From Pachysolen tannophilus NRRL Y-2460 (taxonomy: Eukaryota): a stretch of DNA of 64,000 nt. The position numbers and the translations under genes were made by a program. Under the pieces are notes generated by a model, which was not told the origin of the DNA, searched no databases, and saw only the letters and a list, made by a program, of their open reading frames with translations. Position 1 is the first letter of the stretch. Each line of letters begins with the position of its first letter. The DNA lies in the NCBI GenBank assembly GCA_001661245.1, contig KV454012.1, forward strand, positions 1,260,848 to 1,324,847, written 5' to 3'. Below, piece by piece: positions 21,750 to 33,700 of this stretch.

Positions 21750-22436
21750 ATGGTACTGGGTCAAGAGACAGAACCCGAGAGAAGGTTTGCATCTGTTAAG
21801 AGGATAACTAATGAAACTAGGATTCAAATTGCTTTAAGTTTGGATGGTGGAGCGGTAACTGTGGAAGAATCTATTTTCAAAGACAAACAATATAATATTG
21901 AAAGTAGTCAAGATACTAAAGTTCAATCTATTTCTGTTAATACGGGCATAGGGTTTTTGGACCATATGCTTCATGCGCTTCTGAAGCATTCTGGGTGGTC
22001 GATAATAGTAGAGTGTATTGGTGATTTGCATATAGATGATCATCACTCTGCAGAAGATGTTGGGATTGCACTTGGTATATGTTTTAATAAAGCTTTAGGT
22101 CATGTTAAAGGAGTTAAGAGGTTTGGGAGTGGGTTTGCTCCCTTGGATGAAGCTTTGAGTAGAGCTGTTGTGGATTTGTCTAATAGGCCTTATGCTGTGA
22201 TTGATTTAGGTTTGAAGAGGGAGAAAATTGGAGATTTATCATGTGAAATGATTCCTCATGTTTTAGAAAGTTTTGCACAAGGTGCAAAAATTACTATGCA
22301 TGTTGATTGTTTAAGAGGTTTTAATGATCATCATAGAGCTGAGAGTGCTTTTAAAGCATTAGCTGTAGCCATTAAAGAAGCAACTTCAAGTAATGGTACA
22401 AATGATATTCCAAGTACTAAAGGTGTTTTATTTTAA
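21750..22436 (+). CDS. HIS3: Imidazoleglycerol-phosphate dehydratase
   Basis: [54 protein letters not shown]. Confidence 0.98.
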   Translation: MVLGQETEPERRFASVKRITNETRIQIALSLDGGAVTVEESIFKDKQYNIESSQDTKVQSISVNTGIGFLDHMLHALLKHSGWSIIVECIGDLHIDDHHSAEDVGIALGICFNKALGHVKGVKRFGSGFAPLDEALSRAVVDLSNRPYAVIDLGLKREKIGDLSCEMIPHVLESFAQGAKITMHVDCLRGFNDHHRAESAFKALAVAIKEATSSNGTNDIPSTKGVLF

Positions 22437-22499
22437 TATTTATTTTTTATTTTTCTATATACAATTGTAAATATTTATATATATATATATATATATGAA

Positions 22500-23567
22500 T
22501 CATGTTTCTTTATTTAAAAGTTCCAAGATATTTTTAGCACTAATTTCAGTATTTTTAGAATCTCTTTCAAAATAATTTGGTCTTGAAGAATAACTATTAT
22601 CATAGTTGACTTTAACACCATTTTTACTATCTACACCAGCAACTTCTAACCTTATAGCTCCATTTGATGATAAGACTGCTTTTTGAACACTTACTGGGAT
22701 TTCTGCTTCTCTTAAATGTTTTCCTGGATTATTTGCAGCAATTTTTCCTAAAGAATTCATTGTTTGATGTGGTGCAGCAGCAACCAATCCTCCAACAGCT
22801 ATTTGCCAATGACTTGGAACTGAAGAAATTAATCTTGCAGGTACAACAGAACCTTCACTAAATCCATTTGGAGAAGTTGTTAATTTCCCCTTTAATCTAT
22901 AAGAAAATCCTCCTGTTCCTTTCATTATTGGGGTACCATTTATTTTATCAGTTGCTAAATTACAAATTGGTTTTTTAAGAGCTGGTGATTCTTCTTCTTT
23001 TAAAGAAAATATAAATTGAGTTATTTCATCATGTAATTCACAATCTAAACCTGATTTTATTCTTATTAATTTTTCTGGATTTTTATCTGATAAAAATTTT
23101 AAAAAAGAACCTCGATAATTTTTTAAAATTTCTAATAATTCAATTTTTTTAGATGTTGGAGTTGATTCATCTAAATTTAAAACTTCAGAAATTTTACTAG
23201 TATTTAATTCTTCTTGATTTCTAGGTATATTTCTAGTATTACCAAAAAATAATGGATTTTTACCATTTCTTGTTTCTAATGGTATATTAAATTCTTGAAA
23301 TCTTAATTTATTCCAATAAAATCCAGCTTCAGCTTCAAATTCAGTCATATGTTCAATAGTATCCAATTTATCAACAACAACATAACGCTTATTAACTTTT
23401 GATGGTAATTTGGATTTCAATCCAAAATCTTTACGATAAAATGATGCAGGCCCAGTTTCTATAATTTGTTGTGATGGATAAAGCTTTGATAATCTAACGG
23501 CGGTTAACGTATTCGAATCTTTAACTTGAGAAAGCCTAGATTTTCTCAACAACTTATTAAACGACAT
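22500..23567 (-). CDS. MRP51: Mitochondrial small-subunit ribosomal protein Mrp51 (bS1m); first ATG at 23567
   Basis: LLRKSRLSQV, QIIET...DFGLKS, LDTIEHMTEFE, WNKLRFQEFNIP, GGFSYRLKG. Confidence 0.85.
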   Translation of the reverse strand: MSFNKLLRKSRLSQVKDSNTLTAVRLSKLYPSQQIIETGPASFYRKDFGLKSKLPSKVNKRYVVVDKLDTIEHMTEFEAEAGFYWNKLRFQEFNIPLETRNGKNPLFFGNTRNIPRNQEELNTSKISEVLNLDESTPTSKKIELLEILKNYRGSFLKFLSDKNPEKLIRIKSGLDCELHDEITQFIFSLKEEESPALKKPICNLATDKINGTPIMKGTGGFSYRLKGKLTTSPNGFSEGSVVPARLISSVPSHWQIAVGGLVAAAPHQTMNSLGKIAANNPGKHLREAEIPVSVQKAVLSSNGAIRLEVAGVDSKNGVKVNYDNSYSSRPNYFERDSKNTEISAKNILELLNKET

Positions 23568-23794
23568 TTTTATCAATCAGTTGAAACACACTAAGACCAC
23601 CACTTTCAAAACTTTCCACCAATCGTTATCGGCGTCCTTGTCCTTGTCCTTGTTGTCGTTGTGGTAATACTATTATTATAGAAAGAATTTTTTTTGAACA
23701 TTGAATTTTTCTACTTTTTATTATTTTTTCCTTTTGTCTTTTTTGGCTGATTTTTAAACACTTTACCCGGACTTCCTCTTTCAGCACAATTGAC

Positions 23795-23945
23795 ATTTGA
23801 AAAACTACTTCTCTGTAAATTGGCGTTTATTGATATTGGGAACACTACTTTTGTAACAAATTTTTATTGATATTTGGAAAACTACTTTTTATAAATTAGA
23901 TTTTGTTTGATATTTTATAAACTACTTTTTGTGAATTAGATTTTA
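23795..23945. repeat. Degenerate ~40-bp minisatellite, about 4 copies
   Basis: ACTACTT cores at 23804, 23844, 23881 and 23921, each followed by AAATT/GAATT and (first three) TTGATATT. Confidence 0.75.
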
Positions 23946-24205
23946 GCTTTTTTTTAGGGGAAAAAAAACTGTGTAAAGATCAAATTTATATACATATAAA
24001 TATATATATATATATATGGTAGAAGTAAAAGTAAATCCAAAACTCAAGCAGGATAGATAAAAAGACACAGAAACTAGTTCTCGAAAGCTAAGGAAAGAAA
24101 AATAGATAGATAAAAGCAACAACAATAACAAAAAAAAAAAAAAAAAAAAAAAGGGGAATGCTATGGTTAAAAATTTTTATCTAGTTTATTAAACTTAACC
24201 TCGGA

Positions 24206-24478
24206 NNNNNNNNNNNNNNNNNNNNNNNNNNNNNNNNNNNNNNNNNNNNNNNNNNNNNNNNNNNNNNNNNNNNNNNNNNNNNNNNNNNNNNNNNNNNNNN
24301 NNNNNNNNNNNNNNNNNNNNNNNNNNNNNNNNNNNNNNNNNNNNNNNNNNNNNNNNNNNNNNNNNNNNNNNNNNNNNNNNNNNNNNNNNNNNNNNNNNNN
24401 NNNNNNNNNNNNNNNNNNNNNNNNNNNNNNNNNNNNNNNNNNNNNNNNNNNNNNNNNNNNNNNNNNNNNNNNNNNNNN
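24206..24478. other. Assembly gap (N run), followed by (AAT)n/(AT)n microsatellite with ambiguous bases to 24549
   Basis: Continuous Ns. Confidence 0.99.
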
Positions 24479-24509
<31 letters not shown>

Positions 24510-24569
24510 TATATATATATATATATATNTNTNTNTNTNTNTNTNTNTNTTTTTTTTTTTTTTTACTTT

Positions 24570-26279
24570 TCAAGCCCACAAAGCAGTAAGTACTTCCCAA
24601 CCTTTCAATTTTTTGTAAGGCGGTTCTGGGTTTTCACGAACATCTTTAAACAAAGAAGCTAAATCGACTTCACTTGGTTTCAAGAATTTTGTTTTCTTTA
24701 AAATCTTCCAGAAGAAATAAAGAATGAAAAATAATGGAATAATAAAATAATCTGTAAAGAAACTTGAAAAATCAAAATCTCCATGCATGAAATTTTCATA
24801 ACCTGCAGTTAATAAGAAAATAACAGAGAAGAATAATGATATATAAGAATATGCTTCTGTGAATTTTGCCTTATGTGGTAAATCATCTCTAGAATAACCT
24901 TGAACTTTCATTGCTTTTGACATTGCAATATGATTTACTGAAATTAAAATCCAATTTAATAAAGTATTTGAAGATGTAATATTTTGAAACCAACTGAAAA
25001 CAGTATCAGCTGAATCTGAACAAGACATATATGCTAATGGTAAGAAACATGCAGAAACTCCTAAAGCAACATATGGAACACCTCTTTTATTTGTTCTTAA
25101 AAGAATTTTTGGAGCTTGTTTTTTAACAGCTAAGGCAAATAATGTACGTGAAGCTGTTACTAAACCCAAATTACCAGAAGAAAAAGCTGAAGTTAAAACA
25201 ACAGCATTAATGATACTTGGTAATGCTGGAATGCCTGCACGTTTAATGGCAATAACAAAAGGAGATGAAGAAGCAGTACCTGTACTAGTAGCAATATCTG
25301 AATCGTTATATGGAACTAATAATCCCAAGATGAAAACAGACAGACAATATAAGAAACAAATTCTAAACATAACTCTTTTTGCAGCACGGAAAATTGAACG
25401 TCTTGGATATTCTGTTTCACCAGCTAATGTAGCAACACCTTGAAGACCAGCATATGCATATACAACAGAATTAATTGCACTCCAAAATCCACAAAATTTT
25501 CCAACATTACCTGTAACTATATATTCAGCAAATGGACCTGGATTATCCCAATATCTAAATCCAATTCTATCTTGACCTGGAACACCACCTAAATCAATAA
25601 CTAATCCACAAATAATTAAACCAAATACTAAAGAAATTTTTAATAAACCAAAACAAAATTCAACTTCACCATAAAATCTAACAGAATAAGAATTTGTTGC
25701 AACTTCAACAATTGCCATAATTGAAATCCAAATTGCTGGACTTAAAGGTGTCCAATATGAAACAACAACAGCTGCAGCTGCCAATTCTGTAGGTAAAAAT
25801 GCAGAATAAACTGAGATCCAACCATATGAAAAACCTATTGCTTCATCCATAAAATGTTCAGCTTGTCTAATTGTAGAACCAGTTGCAGGTAACATGCATG
25901 AAGTTTCTGCAATACATAATTGATTCATACTAATAATAATACCAATAAATAAATAACATAATAATATACCACATGGACCAGTTTTGGCTAAAGTACCACC
26001 AGAAGATAAAAATAAACCAGTACCAATAACACCAACTAAAGTTAACATTTGAATATGACGTTGTTTTAAACCTTGACTTAATCTTTTTCTTTCATGTTTT
26101 AAAAGATAATCTTCAGCTAATGAAACATTAGTTCTTGCAAGTTCTAAGGAAGAAAGCTCTGCTATTTCAGAAACTTCAACAACATTTACTTTACTTTTAT
26201 CTTCAATAGGTAATTTAGTAACATCAGAATGTTTTTCAGAAACTTCTCCACCATCTGAAGAAAAATTTTTTAAACTCAT
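24570..26279 (-). CDS. APC/YAT-family amino-acid permease (substrate unassigned); first ATG at 26279
   Basis: LKQRHIQM...IGTGLFL, YGEVEF, IGFRYWDNPGPF, SPFVIAI, multiple TM helices. Confidence 0.93.
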   Translation of the reverse strand: MSLKNFSSDGGEVSEKHSDVTKLPIEDKSKVNVVEVSEIAELSSLELARTNVSLAEDYLLKHERKRLSQGLKQRHIQMLTLVGVIGTGLFLSSGGTLAKTGPCGILLCYLFIGIIISMNQLCIAETSCMLPATGSTIRQAEHFMDEAIGFSYGWISVYSAFLPTELAAAAVVVSYWTPLSPAIWISIMAIVEVATNSYSVRFYGEVEFCFGLLKISLVFGLIICGLVIDLGGVPGQDRIGFRYWDNPGPFAEYIVTGNVGKFCGFWSAINSVVYAYAGLQGVATLAGETEYPRRSIFRAAKRVMFRICFLYCLSVFILGLLVPYNDSDIATSTGTASSSPFVIAIKRAGIPALPSIINAVVLTSAFSSGNLGLVTASRTLFALAVKKQAPKILLRTNKRGVPYVALGVSACFLPLAYMSCSDSADTVFSWFQNITSSNTLLNWILISVNHIAMSKAMKVQGYSRDDLPHKAKFTEAYSYISLFFSVIFLLTAGYENFMHGDFDFSSFFTDYFIIPLFFILYFFWKILKKTKFLKPSEVDLASLFKDVRENPEPPYKKLKGWEVLTALWA

Positions 26280-26379
26280 TTTTCTTCTTTTTTCTTTATA
26301 TATTATATTACTATTCAATCAAGAAACAAAAATGATTGAAAAAAGAAAGAAAGGAAGGAAATAATGAAAAAGAATAGGA

Positions 26380-27030
26380 TTATCTAATTTATTTATACAG
26401 AGCCTTATCGATAAGCACATATTTTTTAAGACAATTAAGTAAAATTTTCAAATCCGTACCAAAAACATCCAAATCTTTTTTAGATGTGAAGCCAAATGAG
26501 CCTCAACTATGGAGAAAACTAAAAAAAATTACATTCAACATCTTATCTCGGAAAGTATTCTTTACTAAAAATCAGGTAAGTATCCGTAGTTTAAAAAGAA
26601 ATTTCAAATTTGGCTGCATAAAATATGTTTATCTTGCTTATCGTGGTGCAGATAAACATAAAGAGAAAGAGAAAAAGATAGATAGAAAAGTGAAGTTTTA
26701 CAAAAAAATAGTAAGTAAAACTATTATTGTAAACGATTGAGAGCAAGGCTGTTAGTAGCTGAATAGTTTTTATTTTATTTTTTTGTTGAAACAAAAACCT
26801 TGCTTTCCGCCTATTATATATATCATTTAATTATCTTGGCGGCTATTAATGTGATTTGATTCCGTTATTAATAATTACTTATTTCTTATTTCAAATGTGT
26901 AGATTTATTCCAACATCTGTTCAAATACACAGTTTAATAGTATATGATCAATAATATCCACAATAAAAGTAGAATTATAAGTATAGTATAGTATAGTACC
27001 ACAATTTTTGTAAAAAACCACAGATAAGCA
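26380..27030. promoter_or_regulatory. GATAA(G) cluster upstream of the permease (nitrogen-catabolite-type)
   Basis: CTTATCGATAAG (26404-26415), CTTATC (26542, 26637), GATAAA (26651), GATAAG (27023). Confidence 0.55.
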
Positions 27031-27708
27031 ATTCTAATAAGCGAATGGCACTAGTAAATTTGAAACTAAAAGTATAAGAAAGACAAATTAATGATGATGA
27101 GACACTAAAATTATTGCTAAAAGAAAAAGAAATGAAAAAATCCATGTGGTGGAAGGCATTACAATTCTCGTTAAATAGATCCATATTTACACCTGAAGCC
27201 CAACTCTATAACGGTTAATAAACCCCTAATTTTTAAATGTTAAATAGAGAGAGAAACAGAATATATTTTAGTTTACGGAATTGTAATTACAACACAAGAT
27301 TTTGTGCCTCTCTATGTATTTTATGATTTTTTCCACTGATAAAGCTTAGAAAAAAAAAACAAAAAAAAAACCCCTCCCCCGCCAACACTAGTCAAGTCAA
27401 TTATTGTTACTTGGTTATCGTCCTAGTTTGTTATCCTCTTGGTTATCATTATCGTTATCTTTGTTGTTGTTGTTGTTGTTGTTGTCGGCTGAAATATGCT
27501 TAGAATATTATGGCAAAAAAAAGGGCAAAAAATGAGAGGAAAAAGAGGTAGTGCTCTGAATAACAAAACGTCCCAATTAGGAAGTAGTTAGAAGACATAA
27601 ATTTTAGGGCAAAATTAAATAATAAATAATAATAATAATAATAATAATAATATTAAAGAAACTGTTAAGGTGTGAAGTAGCGTTAAATATATCACATCAA
27701 GGTATATA

Positions 27709-29797
27709 ATGAGTGTTCAGCAGGTGAAAGCTCCTAATGTTACTCAGTTGTATAAGAGAACTGAGGTTATAGGGCGTGGGAAATTTGGTATTGTATATAA
27801 GGGTTATAATAGATCGAATAATCAAGTTGTTGCTATTAAAGTTTTAAATTTAGATACAGATGAAGAAGAAGTTAAAGATGTTCAACAAGAAATTCAATTT
27901 TTAAGTCAATTAAAATCTGTTCCGAGTATAACTCATTATCATGGCTCATATTTAAATGATACAAAATTATGGATTATAATGGATTATTGTGCTGGTGGAT
28001 CTGTTAGAACTTTATTAAAACCTGGGAAAGTTGAAGAAAAATATATTGGTGTTATTGTTAGAGAATTATTAATTGCATTACAACATGTTCATAGGGTTGG
28101 AGTGATACATAGAGATTTAAAAGCTGCAAATGTGTTGATTACAAAAGATGGTAGGGTTCAACTTTGTGATTTTGGAGTTGCTGCTCAACTTACTGCAAAT
28201 GCTTTAAAACGTACTACAATGGCTGGTACTCCATATTGGATGGCTCCTGAAGTTATTATGGAAGGAGCAAAATATGATGTAAAAGTGGATATATGGTCGT
28301 TGGGGATAACAATATATGAAATTGCAACAGGTAATCCTCCATATAGTGATAAAGATGCAATGAGAGCAATGCAATTAATAACAAAATCAAAACCTGCAAG
28401 ATTAGAAGGAAGACAATATTCACCAATTTTAAAAGAAATTATTGCTCTTTGTTTAGATGAAAATCCAGAAGAAAGACCTTCTGCTGAAGAATTATTAAAA
28501 TCAAAATTTATTAAATATCATAAAAATACTCAAACTTCACTTTTAAAAGAATTAATTTCAAGATATTTACTTTGGAGAGAAAAAAAATCTTCTAGAGATA
28601 GCATAGCATTATATAATATGGAAGAAGATATTGAAAATAATAAAAGTGGTAATATGAAATTAGATGAAGGTGATTTGGATATTAAATGGGATTTTGATTC
28701 ATTAAGTTCTAGTGAATATATAATTGAAAATGATATAAATATAAATCATCTAAATAATAATGGTAATGGTACAACTGGCGAATATGATGATGAAAATATA
28801 TATAACAATAATAACGATTTAACTAATAACGTTAGTTATAATAACAACAATAATAATAATAATAATACACAGGAAGAAGATTACTTTATGATGACAACAA
28901 ATCAACAAACTTATATGACAAATAAATATGGAACTAATGCAAATGGTAAAGATGATCCAACTTTGAGAGTAGGTGGAGGCGGAAGTACCACTGTTGGTCA
29001 TTCTTTTGGAACTACAAGAAAAGAAGCTCCAAAATCACTTTTACAATTATTCGAAGAAGATCATAGTCAACAATCACCAAATGAAATGAATCCATTTGAT
29101 GATTCAAATTTACCAAAATTGCCCTCTTTATCATTATCCAATACTAATGTTACGACAAGTACAAGTTCACCTATAATAGAAATTCCAAATGTAGACGAAT
29201 TAGCTGCTAGCGAACCTTCTTCTGCTCATCCATCCAAGTCAAGGTCCAGAGCTCCAACTTTATCCCATACTCAATCATCAGCTCCTATATTAGAAATGAG
29301 AAGTAATAGTGTTTCTCATGCAGATATGGCAAGTGGGCCTCAATTACATAGAAGGCCTACTATTGGGGGTTCAAATTTTCATCCAAACCTGTTATCTTCA
29401 ACTGTATCAATGTCAGCAATGCCATTAGCCCAAAACTATCAATCACAATCCTATTCATCTACAACAGGAACAAGTGGAACATCTAATAATAGCAGCAATG
29501 TGAGTCTGGGCACTCTTAATAGCAGAAGAACCCCGTCACCGAAAAGAAGTGCTGAAATTATTACATCATCACCATCAAAATCAACAATGGGTCCATCACA
29601 CAGCATGAAACCTTTACCATCCAATAATAATATGCAACCCTTGTTACAGCCAATAAATAATCATCAAAAGGTGCCTTCATCATCAACAAATTCTGTTCCT
29701 CCTACTTCTGCTTCAAGTATTGCGTCAACTTTTAATGATAGTACCTCTTCCATAAATTCAAGTTCTACAAATCCTTCTTCGGCAGCAAATATTCCGC

Positions 29798-29837
<40 letters not shown>

Positions 29838-30612
29838 TGGATCATTTAACAGGAATGTCTCTAATTTACATTTGCAGATGCCAACACCTACTACGGTGTT
29901 GCCAAATTTAAATGCTTTGACAAATTATGGGAATAGCTCTTCAGCTGTTGATCCGCATCCGTTAAAACAACATCATATGCAAGACAATGAACACATAAAT
30001 CAATTTGGAGTTAATGCAACCCAAGCTGCGGCTACTCCATTGACAATGACGCCTTTGAGTGAAAAACCACAGGGTACTGTCACCAACTCTTTTTTCAGTG
30101 GGGGTGTCGGCAGAACAACACCTACAAATAATGCAAATATTATTAACAACAACAACAACAACAACAATAACAATAATAATAATGGAACTCCTAATGGTTT
30201 GTCAGAGAGGAAGAATTTGTCCTCTAATTCATTGTCCAAATTGGCAAATCATGCTAATAACGCGGATGGTAATGAACAACCAACAAATCAGAGTAACCAT
30301 ATCATGAGATCTACCTCTGCAACTTTATTGAACAACAATTTGGGAGGCAGCAGTTCGAATTCAGGCTTTTCGCAACAGACCCCATTGAACAAATTTAGGA
30401 ATGCGGCAGAACCGTCATCTTCTCATAGATTATCATTGGACATCAATTATTTGAACAGCCACTTTCCAATGTTGCCGCAACTAAAACCCAGCTTATTTAT
30501 TGACGACACTACAACAGCTGATGCGCTGATTAGCGAGATTGATGATGTTTTGGGTAAATTGTTTAATGCTTTGGATATAATGGAAGAGGATTTTAGTATT
30601 TATGTTGGATGA
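27709..30612 (+). CDS. KIC1: Ste20/GCK kinase Kic1 (RAM network)
   Basis: YKRTEVIGRGKFG, VLNLDTDEEEVKDVQQEIQFL, HRDLKAAN, MAGTPYWMAPEV, KWDFDSLSS; polyN/polyQ tail with (CAA)13 at 29797-29835. Confidence 0.93.
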
Positions 30613-30767
30613 TTTCTATAGAACATCTTGGTTTTTGTTTATATCTTAAATAAATTAATGAAAAATATTATAGTTTAATAATTTAAAATGACTGGTTATG
30701 CTTCAAATCACGTACAAGGAATCTATATATACAATAATCAAAAAAAAAAAAAATGTACGTAGTCTGC

Positions 30768-33700
30768 TCATTTTAATGATAAAAGAAATCTTTCTTCATC
30801 CTTGTTACTTAAATCCAAAAGAGTTTTGATAACAGGAAGTAATTGTTGTCTCTGTTCCTTGTGTTCCAAAAACCCTAATAGCACATTTTTCACATATGCC
30901 ATGTTTGTATTTATTTCACCATCACCGGAATTATGGATATTTGCTTGGTGATCGCTAAAGGAAAAGGAATCACGAGGTTTGAATGGTGAAGTTTGCGAAG
31001 AAGAAGTAGGACTGATGGAATTACTGGAAACAACAGAGTTCGACCTTTCTTTTGCCTGTTTGAATTGCAAGGATAAAGCTTTAAAGTTTTTATTCAAGTG
31101 TTCATATTTTAAAGATGAATCGTCAACTAGTTTTTTATAGATAGAATTCAAATTCTCTAAATCTTTTACCTTTGCTTCTGTCTTACTTAGCTGTTCTCTA
31201 AGACCATCCATAGTTTTTGTGATTATTTCAGACGATTCATGAGTGCTCGACGCATCACCACGGAGAGACTCTAATTTTAATTTCTCATTCTGTAGTTTCT
31301 TCAGTTCCAGTTGCGCTGAAAGTTTTTCATTCTCAATTGTAGAAATCTTATCAGTCAAATCGCTTAGTTTACTTCTCAAATCCTCTACCTCTCTTTGCCG
31401 TCTTTTTAAATTGTTTGTCGCATCAGATTCAATCTTTTCCTTTTCTTCAGTAATGGCATTTAGCTTAGCTGTGATCTCTTTTATCCTTGAGCTCTGTTTT
31501 TCTTCGCTTTCTACTAAAAACTGACGCATTGTACTAGTTTCACGGGTCCTTTCTTGTAACATTGTTCTAGCTTCTTGCAATTCTTCCTCTAAAGTATCAA
31601 CCCTAACTTCAGACTCTCTTGCTCTCATTGTTAATTCTTCACATTGCCTTTTTAACGAGTAAGCTTGATCAGTCGAAGATGATTTCGCATTAAGTAAATC
31701 GTTGTACTTGTCTTTGAATTCATCAGCATTTTTAATCAACCTATTGTTTTCCGCTTCAAGTTTACTGAATTTGACAGTAAGATCATGAAAATCAGCTTTT
31801 AACTTTTCGTTTCTTGTTAATAGTGCGTTTTTATCATTTAACAAGGTTTTATAGTTAGCATTTAGCTCTCCAAGGTTCACTTTTAGCTCAACAACTTTAT
31901 CATTTGATTTATCTCTTTCTTGTTCTAAAAAGCTCGATTTAGCTTCGTATTCAGTAATACGTTTATTTTTCTGCTCAATAGTTGATTTTAAATTAGCGAC
32001 TTCCAATTTTAAGGAAGTATCATTACTCTTAAATTGTGATAATTCTTTATTTTTATTCTCTAATAATGACTTACTCTCTTTGACGGTTTCTAATTCCTTT
32101 TGCAATTTATTTATTTTAACTGATAATTGATCTTTTAATTCATAAGTCTTCAACAATTCCTTATTCATACCGTCAATATTTACTTGCAATTTTGTAAGTT
32201 TATCGTCTTTGGATTCAGTTTCTTGTTTTCTCTTCTCATATTCTTCTGATAAAGATTTGATTCTTTTGTCTAATTGTCCATTCAATTTTCCAACTTTTTC
32301 CAATTCTCTTTTTGTGTCTTCTAACTCTTTAGTGAGTTTAACTTTTTCGTCGACTAAAGACTGATTACTTCTTTCCAAGGAGAACTTTGACGACTCATAA
32401 CTGGCAAGAACTTCAGCATGTTGCACACGAATGGTTTCTAATTCTGTTCTTAGCTCATCTAATTTTTGCTGATCTTCCTTTGAGATGTCATTTTTTGCAT
32501 CTGAAGAGCTTTGAGCTGTTAAAGATTTAATTTGATCTTTTGCTTGAACTAATTCATCTCCAACATTCTTCAACATATCTCTCAAATTTTCTATTTCTTC
32601 CATCTTATTTCTCAATTCCGCATTGATTTTCGAAGGTTGACCCCGTTTGAAATCTTCAAATTCTTTAGATAACGCCTCATATTTAGTCTTAAATTCTTTT
32701 AAGGATTCATTTTCGGTAATTAATAATTTTTGCTTTTCCTCCAATTCCTTTTGAGCATCTTTATTTTTATCGGAAACGCTCAACAATTTTTCATACTTAC
32801 TTTGTAACTCCACTAATTTATCAAAATCAGTCTCATTATTAGAAGAAGATTTAGTAGAAAGTGGTGCATTACTATCATTGTTCTTGTTTTTCTTATTTTT
32901 CTTCTTTTTGTTTTCGGTATTCGGACCGTTGGAAGTAGCAGAGCTTTTATTCAGATCCTCATTTAATTTTGTAACTTTTTCTTTAAACATATCAAGTAAC
33001 TTAACATTTGAGGATAAAGTGGACTCTAATTCTTGAACCTTATTATTTAATTCAGCATTTTTTTCAGAAGCAGTTTTATCAGTGTCAGATACTTTTTGAG
33101 AGAGTTCATCTCTTTGCCTTTTCAATTCAACATTTTCTGTTAGAAGTTGATCTTTCAATTTTGTTATTTCATCAATTTTGGTAATACTTTCTTTATTTAG
33201 AGACTTATTTTGTTCGAGTTCTTTTGTCAATAAATTTATTTTTTCGGAAAATTCATCAATTTTCAGATTTTGTTTTTCTAATTCCTGAATTCTTGATGCT
33301 TGAATTTCTTTTGTCTCATTAAAAGAAGAGATCTCATTATGTAATTTAGTGATTGTGTCTTTTGCATTGGATAATTCTTTTTCGTTTGAAGATGAAGATT
33401 CCTCTAATGTTTTCAATTTCGCATTGGCATTTTCTAAATCTTTAACTAAATTATCGTTATTATTTGATTCCTGTTGTTGTGAAGTTTTAACATTTGCATT
33501 TAATTCATTTAATTTGTTCTCCAAATCTTTCAACTTGGCATCATTAACCTGTTTTTCCTTCAGTGATCTAGATGCATCTGCTGCCATTCTTCTCATTTCA
33601 ACGTTTAACATTTGTGTTTTAGAATTAAGACTATCTAAATATTCAACCAAAGTATCAACTTCTGCTATACTTGAACAGGGTGTATGTTCTCTTAATATTT

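Noticed and set aside
21981..21983. CUG=Ser (Candida-type code) interpretation
   Set aside because: The informative CTG columns are conserved Ala in His3, Vac8 and DUF676. Ser cannot be excluded at a single site but is a poorer fit overall.
23795..23945. CRISPR-like array
   Set aside because: Eukaryotic DNA; degenerate tandem units without unique spacers or cas genes
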